DNA of 64,000 nt from Antedon mediterranea (lineage: Eukaryota; Animalia; Echinodermata): NCBI RefSeq assembly GCF_964355755.1, contig NC_092670.1:24786795-24850794 (forward strand). Reading direction: 5' to 3'. The translations under genes and the position numbers were made by a program. The notes under the pieces are model-generated. The model was given only the letters and a program-made list of their open reading frames with translations. It did no database searches and was not told the origin of the DNA. Below are positions 36,481 through 48,310 of the stretch, piece after piece. Each line of letters opens with the position of its first letter. Position 1 is the first letter of the stretch.

Positions 36481-37975
36481 TTATATTTCTTCCTATTTAA
36501 TTTTCCAGTATACCGTCGTTTTAACAAATAAGATAAACGCATTTCTTTTTCTCAACAGAAAGTTTTTCGTTTTTGACGCTATGATATTATATTTTTATTT
36601 CTTCAACATGCGCTCAATTGAAAATATTTTTCATTTTTAACTCAAATCATCGTACACTTCGATTTGGCAGTGTTTTGCAATACAATTGTTATCTTTGTTA
36701 TAATACTTTTTTGCAAGTTTTTTCTTCGTATACCGTATGCGCTAATTTACAAGTGACGTTTAGGCCTCCTTAGGCCTACACATCTTTCTTTACAAGTGAC
36801 GTTTAGGCCTCCCTAGGCCTACACATCTTTCTTTACACAACAATATTTCTTCGAATTATTATTTGTATGTTTTTCTTTTTCGGTTTGATAAAGAGGAGGA
36901 TAAAGGTGGCCTTCACGTGGTCCTCCTTGTAATTACCAGTGACAACTGAGAAACAAACACCTTTATAAAAACAAGAAATATTTCTTACAAAAAAACGCTG
37001 CTCGCTTGATATATTGTCCCCCCTGAAAAATATTTTTTATTTCAAATTTGTTTTTGAATGTGTCATTTTATTGTAACATAATAGTTATTCACATTAACCA
37101 AACAATTATTTACCTGAAAAAAAAAATGTAATTTAAAGCAAAAAAATACTTAAATTGTCTGTCAGACAATGGTTTTTGGGTTATAATTAAATGTTTATTT
37201 CTGTTTTTATACATGAATAAATATTATTATTATTATAAGTGAATAACTTTTGTATTTGAAGTAAAATATAACAAGAATTCATACTTTGATATATCATAAT
37301 TGTGCAATTGAAATTGCAAAATAAAAAATACTGAATCTGTAAAAAATAATGTGCTTAATAAATAATTTAAATAAAAATACTCAATTTCTGTCACTTTAGT
37401 TTATTTTATTTCTAAGGTCAAGTCTGGGGGTCACTTCATCAAGCCTAGATGCTTCAAGTGTGAACAAATTGTATCTTATTACAACCTGAAAACTTTACTA
37501 TTACTGTATATGGACTTTTTTGATAGGAATTCAATGATTATCTGACAGCGAATTACAGTATTATATATATATCGGTCTAGATTGTCAAATGGGACTCATT
37601 GTAAATACCAGAAATAATCTCTTCTCCCAGACGTGCTTTGGGGTTTGTAATTTTAGCATGACCCGTCCCCAAAAACGTCGGCCTCTAGAACTATAACTGA
37701 TACTTGCTTTAGCTTCTGAATGAGTAGTCCTCTTGGGACGTACCTGGCTAAAGCAGCAGCGTGATAATTCATGCGCTTTGATGATCAGGTTTTATTTGTT
37801 TTAAAATTTACTTATATTTCCCCCACCCGATAGAGGTCGCTATGATAATTCATGTTGTGTATGACGTATTGATTCACGAGTTTGATGACGAAAAGACCTA
37901 GTTAGCGAAGTGTCTCTCGCAGCAGCATTCAGCAGCCTAATTTTCGTATCGTTTTGAAGTAAATAAACTTAAATT

Positions 37976-40900
37976 ATGGCATTAAATTCTTCACACAGTG
38001 GCAGTAATGGCGTAGTGTTATTCGCAGGAGAACGGTATGTTTATTTGTTATTCTTCTTGTTGGTGTTGCGCTCGTGTTTTACCGTCTTTAGTTTGTATTC
38101 TAGAGCTAGGCCTAGGCTAGAGTCCAGTCTAATAAGAGGCTAGATCAACAGAGAGAGTATTATGAATCACGATCGGGACCATATTACGGACGATCGGGCA
38201 CAAGCTAGGCCTAGGTCTGACCTGTCCTCTTCTTTAGCTAGTAGGGATCTACTGCCACTAATGTTATACTGGGCCTACGCTAATCTACGTCCTCCTTCTG
38301 TAGGCATCGACCATGACTGACGTCCAGTCAATAGGGTCGGGTATAGGGTTCTATGATAAAAAATGATATCAAGTACCTGTAAATGTATGTTACTATAAAT
38401 AATAATAGGCCTACATTGACAATAACAAACAATATAACTTACACATACAGGTACTCTAGGCCTTTATAGGCTAGCCTACTAGGCCTAGCCTAGGCCTAGT
38501 AGTAAATTTAACTTATATATTAAGTTGAATTAAAATCAGTTTAAATATTTAATTTCATATAACTTTTCTTTCCATTTTTCTCTACAAAAAACATCGCTTA
38601 TCACATAAATGAATAAGCCTGTATTTTGGCATTTTTTTACATTAAAAATATATAAAACATACAATGACATCACAATAACATTAAATATAATGTTAGCATG
38701 AACTTGATAACAGTTTTTATCATAAAACCCTATACCCCCGGCCTTGCCGACTGGACGGGCCCTACCAGACAAAGATTATGTACATATGACCCTTCAACAA
38801 ACATTTAAATTTGACCTTTGGAATTTGAGCTTTTGGTTTAAATAATATGAATATGAAGAATTTTATAATTTGTGATACTCTTTAGAAATATGTATTGTTA
38901 CTGTAGAGTACTGTACTTGCTCTTTCTAAAGTAAACACACAAAAACAAAGATTAATAATTAATTAACTAATTAAATTAATATTCTGTCCACGGAATATGA
39001 CTTACTATCCTCCTCATTGTACAAGTCTCATGTATGTAGACTTTTTATTTAATATACTGACATAAACAAATTTTCCCTTTATCCAAGAAGGTTATTTTCA
39101 ACAATGTTTGGTGTTTAAATGATATTACAGTATTAAATTAGTCAAACTTTCAAAATGGACTTTGTACCAATCGGTAAGTATGAATATTTATACAGTGTAC
39201 CAAATATTTACTTCCTTTTTCAGTAGAGAATATTATTTATAATTATCATTACAGAATTGTACATCATCAAGATGGGGTTGAGATAGAGTTTGAAATGAAG
39301 CCAATGAAGGACCACTTTAAAGGAACCAAAAAAGGCAAAGTGTATTTGACAACTCTAAGGGTAAATAACTACAATGAATGCAAAAATAACCTATGCTATC
39401 TACAAGATCTAAAACACCCTCTAAATAAATTCTTTAAGCTTAAGCCAAACTGGTAGACTGATCACTCTGAATCAAAACACTAAACTCTGCCGACAATCAT
39501 TTGTTTATAATTCTATTCATGTATTTAATAATATAAAGTTTGTTAGATCTCAGTAATTTCTTTGTTATTGTATTTATTTCAAATGTAAATCAACCAACCA
39601 AATTTAATTTGTATCTTGTTTTAGAAAATGACAATAAATACTACTTATCATAACAATTAACATAAGATAATAATAATATTCTCAGTTCTCTGCAATGAAA
39701 GATTTTATTCGGTATATACAAGCCACCAGCCCCAAAATACGATAAATATTATACGATATTAGATATGTACAATTGACAAGTGATCTATATTATGTGCATA
39801 CAATAAATCTGGAAAGTGATACTATTGTGTTTTTGTCTGTGGATTTAAGTAATGACCTTAGGTAGAATATGTTTGAGATATGGTGTGGAAGGGTATCAAT
39901 GCTGAACTCTCCAAATATGAAACCTTATTTCAATGCTATAATTAATGTACATTCTGACATATATAATTGTATTTTTAGTTGATCTTCCACAGTGCAGGCA
40001 ATGATTTGATGCAGTCATTTGCAATGCCGTTCTATTATCTCAAGGATTTTGAGATTAAGCAACCAATTATTGGAGCCAACTATTTAAAAGGAAGGATTCT
40101 TGCACAACCTAATGGTAACATTTTTATTTTCAATAATTTCATTTAAAATCATGTTTAAAATATTAAGACACCGTTACTCTAACTGGTACTGTATGTGTTT
40201 TGTTAATAGGTGGCTGGGAAGGACAGGCTAACTTTCAAATGCATTTCAAGAGTGGTGGGGCTATTGATGTAGGAGAAAGACTTGTTAGACTGGCAACCAA
40301 AGGTACTATAAATAAAAGTTTCAAAATTGCACTGTATTGAAGTAGTACCTGTTATTAGTTGTAAAATGCTATGTTAAGAGACTAGTAATGGAGTTCGGTT
40401 TCAGGAGGGTTGTGATGAGTTGATAGTACTGAAACTAAAACTAATGAAATAATTTAATTTACTAACAGCATTTACTTTAATTTTCAGCACCTAAAGTTGC
40501 ACCACCGAATCCAGGCCAAGCCGTCCCTCAGCAGAATGGTTACGCACCCCCTCCAAATGCCTATGGTGTTCCCCCTATGAATGGATATGCACCTCCACCA
40601 CAAGGCGGATATGCGCCAATGGGATACCCTCCAGCTGGTGGGTACCCACCACAAGCAGGAGCGTACCCACCCACAGCAGGGGCATATCCCCCAGCTCAAC
40701 CATATGGTTACCCTCCAATGAATACAGCACCTTATGGAGGTGGGTATCAGTACCCACCTACTGGGGCTTACCCTCAAGCTGCACCTTATCCAAGTAAGTA
40801 TTTACAATTATTGTGAGCATTTTTTAATTATAGATTTATACCTAAAACAATTATACTTATTTCATAGACCATAACCTAACCCTTAATCTAGGCTTAGATG

Positions 40901-43900
40901 ATACAGGCATACACATGAGATGTTGTAATGTAATATTATGGAATTTTATATCAAATATTTATTAATATATTATTATTAATTAATATATTATTATTTTATG
41001 GCAAATGTTGTGCGAGGAGATACAGCAGTGACAATTTTGTTAATAATTTGAACAAACAAATATAATTTGAAATTGTTTTTCATCTTTTAGCTGAACAGCC
41101 TCCAGCCTACACCACTGTTGTACCAGGCTCTACTGACCCATCTGCTCCTCCAATGAGTAAGTTCATACCACATTCATTCACTTAGTAAAAAGCTCTTACT
41201 TAACATACTTGTAATATTTCAAGGCCCATTAACAGTAAAACAATATCCCAAAATGGATAAAATGTAAAATCTCCACTGCAATAAACAAATTCCCATTTGA
41301 ATCCAATAAACTCTCGCGCATACAAATATAATATTTCAATATTGCGTAATCTTGCACTACTGCCCTCTATGTGGTAATATAATTCTGTTGAACTTACTCA
41401 AATTTTTTAGCTTCTAGATTCTGATGAATTTTCTTTAATCATAGTTCCCTGATCTAAAAATGTACATTTTAAATGTAGAATAAAAATGCTACATATAAAT
41501 AATACCGTGAAATGAAGCTACTATTATACTACAGAAAGTAGGGTAGGATGGGACTGCCATGTTCTGTATAAGCAACTGGTACACTTAGACCAAATGAAGC
41601 TACTATTATACTACAGAAAGTAGGGTAGGATGGGACTGCCATGTTCTGTATAAGCAACTGGTACACTTAGACCAAATGAAGCTACTATTAATTATTATAC
41701 TACAGAAAGTAGGGTAGGATGGGACTGCCATGTTCTGTATAAGCAACTGGTACACTTAGACCGAATGAAGCTACTATTTTACTACAGAAAGTAGGGTAGG
41801 ATGGGACTGCCATGTTCTGTATAAGCAACTGGTACACTTAGACCGAATGAAGCTACTATTGTACTACAGAAAGTAGGGTAGGATGAGACTGCCATGTTCT
41901 GTATAAGCAACTGGTACACTTAGACCGAATGAAGCTACTATTGTACTACAGAAAGTAGGGTAGGATGAGACTGCCATGTTCTGTATAAGCAACTGGTACA
42001 CTTAGACCAAATGAAGCTACTATTGTACTACAGAAAGTAGGGTAGGATGGGACTGCCATGTTCTGTATAAGCAACTGGTACACTTAGACCAAATGAAGCT
42101 ACTATTGTACTACAGAAGTAGGGTAGGATGAGACTGCCATGTTCTGTATAAGCAACTGGTACACTTAGACCGAATGAAGCTACTATTGTACTACAGAAAG
42201 TAGGGTAGGATGAGACTGCCATGTTCTGTATAAGCAACTGGTACACTTAGACCAAATGAAGCTACTATTGTACTACAGAAGTAGGGTAGGATGAGACTGC
42301 CATGTTCTGTATAAGCAACTGGTACACTTAGACCGAATGAAGCTACTATTGTACTACAGAAAGTAGGGTAGGATGAGACTGCCATGTTCTGTATAAGCAA
42401 CTGGTACACTTAGACCAAATGAAGCTACTATTGTACTACAGAAAGTAGGGTAGGATGAGACTGCCATGTTCTGTATAAGCAACTGGTACACTTAGACCAA
42501 ACCCTCGGTTAGCAACGAGAACATCTCAAACATACAGTTTGGGTTTAGTGGGTTTTTTCAATTTTTATGTTCAGCGATTTCACAACTTTTTTTGTTTTGT
42601 TTGTTTATTAGTTGTTATAAGAAATCCAGCATATTATTTATTTATTTTTAAATTATGCTTTTTTTTTTAAATTCTCGGCTTGGTACATAATAAATGTAAA
42701 CTAGAAAATAATATAATCCAGTGAAGATGTTTAAAATTCAGTGATGCTTTTGTATGATCCTCTGAGAGAAGGTGATGCATAAAGGGATTAAAATAATAAA
42801 ACATAGCTGCTGCAGTGTGATTGTTTATAGAATAAAATATGCTTACTATATTTCATTTTTTTATGTGCAGTTTTGATAACACATCATTGTAATACACAAA
42901 TGTACAACAATGTTGTGTACTTGGGATTAATAAATAACTGTAATCTAAAAGAAAATCATGAAATGTATTGAGGCATGTAGTCAGTACTATAACGTTAATT
43001 TATTTTATTAACAATTTTTTTTAAAGAAAATTTAAATGAATTTTATATTTTATTAATATTAATTGATTTATATTAATTTATCTAATTTTAATGGATAGAT
43101 CCATTCCAACTTTTGACAGCTTTTCATGTAAATTGAGGAACTCAAGTAAAAACATAATTAATATATTTTGAAAATAGATTGATAGATTAAAGCAGTAGAT
43201 TATATTTTTGGGTCCTCTGGAATAATCCCACCCCAAACTGAACATGAATTTTGTTCAAGAGAAGAATGCAAAACTAATTTCATTCTTTACTTTCATGTTG
43301 TCTACTAGATGTATAGCTTGAAAGTTTACATGACTGTATTCCCTTAAACATTGATTACTACTGACAATGTCTTGGCACATAGATTTATTGACAGGCTTTA
43401 ATCTTCTTCTATACAAATGCTTTGATTACATTGCATGCGTAACACTACTAGATAGCCTATGGCCAGCTATTGAACATAGATATCGATGACAGATATGTTT
43501 GTTCAGATGCGATTCGTTAATAGCAATCCTTGAAATGGCTTTGTTTAATAAATGCTATCCTACATGCTAGACACAAGCCTAGAATTGTAATGAATTCCAA
43601 TCGCCTTAATGGTTACGCTTTATTACGTTTTAAAACAATTGCGTAGTACAAAATACGTTATTAAAGCATATTTTTACATTTTTTTATGGAATAAAACTGA
43701 TTGATAATAACACTGAAATACAATTATGTTAACAATATAGTCATATTGTAGGTAATTACTGACATTAAGTTAATTAAAATATTTATAACATTGTGTACAG
43801 AGGTGATAAAGTATATTTACATAAATCCAGTCTTAATTAATGTTAATAAATAACTGACGCTTATATTGACAATAAATGTGTTTGTTCCAAATGCACAATT

Positions 43901-45029
43901 AATATATTATAATAATTATGTTGGCACAGTGATTGAAGTTGTTGTCTCTGGCATGAGGTCATAGGTCAATCCACATGTTATTTGTCATCTGTTACCTGAA
44001 CACTAAAGTAATTGATACACCTGTATAATGCACACTTCCATTATACAATATTGATAACAGTCTATTTATTATAACAAAGTTTCTTGTTAAAGATATTGCT
44101 TGAAGCAATTATTGGCACAGAAAGAATAATATTATAACCTTGCAATTTCTGTAACTTAGTTTAACATAAACTAAAGTTTTAAAACGTAAAAGCGAAAGAG
44201 AATTAGTGCTGTATCTATGCATGCACAAATTATATATTTTTTCCAAGCTAAGAATAATTGTTTTTGCATAAATGAAAATGATAATCAATTAATCAATTAA
44301 ATATTACCTTGTACAAAAAAAAACACAGAAAAATTAAACAATACAGTATAAATTCCTTACTTACTATTATGAAAACATAACTATAACATGGTTCCTTTTA
44401 TTTTCAGATGAAAAGGGCCAACCTACCAATAATGCTTATTACAACCCTGCCAACCCACAGACTGTGTATGTACCGCAGGACCAGCCCCCAGTAAGTAAAT
44501 CAATATTCAAATGTGGCCATTACTGTTTTTGTTATACTCTCTGTAACCTCACCTAATCTTTTTTCATTGGTGATGTCTTAATTTTGAACTTGCCTAATGC
44601 CTTTATCTTCTGCATTCCAAACACTCCACCTCCCTCACCCCCTTCCCCCCACCCCACCACCTGTACAAACAAAACAACTTTATATACTTTTAATGGTACA
44701 CGCTGTAGTGTTAGACTATTGTCAATCACGGCCTAAGAATTGGATTAATTAAAAAAAACGCTATAAAAAGAATATTTACATCTTCAAGAAATTTTACATC
44801 TTCTTTCCGCCTGAACATTTGACTCGCATATAATATGCAAATTTCATTCATTTTTCCACAAAAAAAAATATATAATCATCTTTAATATATTTAGTTAGAA
44901 GTCATCGAAAGATAATTTAGAGAAATTAAATATTTATCAAATTATTCAAAGCTTTTCATAATTATGAAATTTATCTTTCTTTTTTAGAGTGCTCCACCTG
45001 CATACAGTGAAAAGGATAAGAACTTATAA
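37976..45029 (+). CDS. WBP2: WW domain-binding protein 2 (WBP2/WBP2NL pro-ortholog), 296 aa, 8 exons
   Basis: Exons 37976-38034, 39255-39360, 39979-40114, 40210-40302, 40488-40793, 41091-41156, 44408-44490, 44988-45029 (891 nt, GT-AG, phases consistent). MALN start; GRAM domain [56 protein letters not shown]; P/Y/G-rich tail; two PPAY motifs; [12 protein letters not shown]. Confidence 0.95.
41511..42500. repeat. 82-bp tandem repeat x12 in WBP2 intron 6
   Basis: Unit AATGAAGCTACTATTGTACTACAGAAAGTAGGGTAGGATG(G/A)GACTGCCATGTTCTGTATAAGCAACTGGTACACTTAGACC(A/G) starts at 41511, 41593, 41675, 41764, 41846, 41928, 42010, 42092, 42173, 42255, 42336, 42418. Confidence 0.97.
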
Positions 45030-45712
45030 GTTGTCATTACTTGCACCAAATCAATTTGAGAATAAACTTGTGTCCAGACTGATGATAATAATATGTTAAC
45101 AGTGTTATTATTGTCTAGGGTCATCTAAACATAAGCTAAAGTATAGTATTCAATTTAGTAGATACATTGTAAAAAGCTCAAGAACAAAATTATAATTAAT
45201 TATTAATTCGTATTTTCTTTACTGGTAACAATGCATAGCAAACAAATTATTTGATAATGAAATATAGAAACATAAATTATTTAAACATAAATTATTTAGT
45301 GTTTAAAGTAGATGAATGTGTTCAAATGATTGTTGGTCTTTGCAACATTGATGATCTCTCTAATGGGTTCACTCCAAATAATTTGTAAATAAGAAATATT
45401 ATTGTATATAATGAAGTGTTATCTATAGCAATTATATAAAAATAAATTAATTTATGATGGAATCGAGAAATGTGCACCAACAACCTGCTGCTAGGTACAG
45501 GTAACATATGGACAACGTGAGATATTGAGAAAAATAAGAATTTCAGAAGCCAGCAAAGTGTCCCCTTAATAGAGGTTTGGCTGTAGTGTTAAAACATATA
45601 TCCCCAGGCCCTTCTTTTTTTCACAGCAAAGTGTCACTTTAATAGTGTCACATGAATGGGAATGTCCCCTAATAGGGATATCCACTAACTAGTTATATTT
45701 CACCTTCAATAA

Positions 45713-46708
45713 TGGTGTCCCATGAATAGAGGTGTCCCTGAATAGAGGTGTCCCCTGAATAGAGGTGTCCCCTGAATAGAGGTGTCCCCTGACTAGAGGT
45801 GTCCCCTGAATAGAGGTGTCCCCTGACTAGAGGTGTCCCCTGAATAGAGGTGTCCCCTGAATAGAGGTGTCCCCTGAATAGAGGTGTCCCCTGAATAGAA
45901 GTGTCCCCTGAATAGAGGTGTCCCCTGAATAGAAGTGTCCCCTGAATAGAGGTGTCCCCTGAATAGAAGTGTCCCCTGAATAGAGGTGTCCCCTGAATAG
46001 AGGTGTCCCCTGAATAGAGGTGTCCCCTGACTAGAGGTGTCCCCTGAATAGAGGTGTCCCCTGAATAGAGGTGTCCCCTGAATAGAGGTGTCCCCTGAAT
46101 AGAGGTGTCCCCTGAATAGAGGTGTCCCCTGAATAGAGGTGTCCCCTGAATAGAGGTGTCCCCTGAATAGAGGTGTCCCCTGAATAGAGGTGTCCCCTGA
46201 ATAGAGGTGTCCCCTGAATAGAGGTGTCCCCTGAATAGAAGTGTCCCCTGAATAGAAGTGTCCCCTGAATAGAGGTGTCCCCTGACTAGAGGTGTCCCCT
46301 GACTAGAGGTGTCCCCTGAATAGAGGTGTCCCCTGAATAGAGGTGTCCCCTGAATAGAGGTGTCCCCTGAATAGAGGTGTCCCCTGAATAGAGGTGTCCC
46401 CTGAATAGAGGTGTCCCCTGACTAGAGGTGTCCCCTGAATAGAGGTGTCCCCTGAATAGAGGTGTCCCCTGAATAGAAGTGTCCCCTGAATAGAGGTGTC
46501 CCCTGAATAGAGGTGTCCCCTGAATAGAGGTGTCCCCTGAATAGAGGTGTCCCCTGAATAGAGGTGTCCCCTGAATAGAAGTGTCCCCTGAATAGAGGTG
46601 TCCCCTGAATAGAAGTGTCCCCTGAATAGAAGTGTCCCCTGAATAGAAGTGTCCCCTGAATAGAGGTGTCCCCTGACTAGAGGTGTCCAAAGAAGGGGTT
46701 CTATTGTA
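45713..46708. repeat. 17-bp minisatellite (GAGGTGTCCCCTGAATA) x~57 ending in a TcMar-like MITE terminus
   Basis: Homogeneous array with GACTA and GAAGTG variants. The right end reads TACAATAGAACCCCT on the minus strand. Related single-copy termini at 45558-45585 and 18446-18475. Confidence 0.95.
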
Positions 46709-48310
46709 TTCCAGTGCCTAAACATTTATAGCACGTTGATGAATAGTTTTAATAGATGTAAGTGCAATATAAATCTGTTATTGCTGATGATTTCAATATA
46801 GGATACAAAATTTACTGTCAAAATAATAATAGTAACTTCATCGCCAATCAATGTCTATCAATAGGTATACTAAACAACAATTTCTTTAGTAGGGTGTAGC
46901 CTCCAAAGTTAATAAATATTAAGTAAATTGGTAATTATTGTTGTCATTAATTCATCCGATATAATAGGTTTTATTAAGCCAATATTTAAATTGATATGGT
47001 ATATTAATTTTGACATATTTTAGAAAATGGATATTTTGGCCATTTTCGAAAAAAAAAATCGTACAGTTCGAAAATGGCAAATTTTCGACCCTTTTATTTT
47101 TTTGGACATAACTGACTTCTATATATAGTTAATTGACATGCGCAGAATCACATAACGTGTTCTGCACATGTTACCTCACCATATTTTAGAAAGAAGATAT
47201 TTTGTCCATTTTCGAAAAATGGCCAATTTTCGAAAATTCAACATAACTGGTTACTATCAGCATTTTTTAGAAAGTCGATATTTTGGTCAGTTTCGGAAAA
47301 AATCCATGTAAATGTTGGCAATTTTAACGGCAGCCATGCTTTTAACAATCTACGTGAAAAAGAACACTATATTTCTTCATTTATTCGAATGTGCCTAGGG
47401 GAACCAATGGGGGCTTAGTTTATAAAAACGTATATGCGCAATGATGCTCTACTTTTTTCCTTGATATGACCTGACCGTTCCGTCTTAATTATTGTTTTGA
47501 AATATGTTATGATTATGTTAATGCATTTCTAGTATCTAAATTTGATTAAAATCCATATATAACACCATTCTTAGTTTCTCCGTTTATATGCAAATTAGGA
47601 ATACAAATAATCGGATTTCCATATCTTCAGAACCGCCGCAGGTAAACCGTTTGTATTCTTTTAAATTGCATGTCAAAAAAACATTTCAGCTCTAACTTCG
47701 TTTTATACACAATATTAATATCAATCCACCTCAATTATCGCAGTAATGTTTTTGCTATTATGAATATTAATGTTGCATTTTGTATTGTACATGCGCAGTT
47801 GCCACCATAATTGATTCTATTGATGTCTGGCCATAACATTAGTCAATAACATTTGTTGGAGATCTTTGCACTTTCGATTTCTCGATTATACATACACATG
47901 TTGGTTGTTGAAATACATTTAATGTTGTTTGAATTTAATCACATAGAAACTGCCAGAAAGGTAGGCCTATAATAAAATTGTGCATGCAATATTATTTATG
48001 AAAAGTTAAAATGGTGGCAATGGCGGTGACCATAATAAAAATGATTTTGATAAATGATGATCTGTTTGGTTGCTTCATTGAGCGCAACGCAATGACACAC
48101 GCGCAACGCAAGTAATTTAACCAATCATGATGCGATATGGATCATTCTAACTGTGATTGATCAACACTGTGCTTACTTCATTACGTCGCGTCCAAGTGGG
48201 AATACCAATCTTTAGCAGAATGAACAAAATCGTTAAATATTTAAATCTACAAAATTAATTAATATTTTTCTTTTATCTTTTGTGGTTCACCACCACCTTT
48301 ATTCATTTAA

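Noticed and set aside
36748-36835. 43-bp direct duplication (also a 25-bp duplication at 56985-57045)
   Set aside because: Simple local slippage duplications with no further structure.
40391-40442. C/D snoRNA or miRNA in WBP2 intron 4 (GTGATGA..CTGA within a GTTTCAG/CTGAAAC stem)
   Set aside because: The boxes are only 10 nt apart, CTGA lies inside the stem, and the hairpin is too short and imperfect for a pre-miRNA.
41511-42500. Tandem hammerhead ribozymes/retrozyme, or ORFs 42028-42246 and 42191-42409
   Set aside because: No CUGANGA core on either strand. The ORFs are repeat translations inside a WBP2 intron.
45713-46725. CRISPR-like array, or 134/140-aa repeat proteins
   Set aside because: Units are contiguous with no unique spacers, there are no cas genes, and the context is eukaryotic. 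The ORFs are stop-free readings of a 17-bp satellite.
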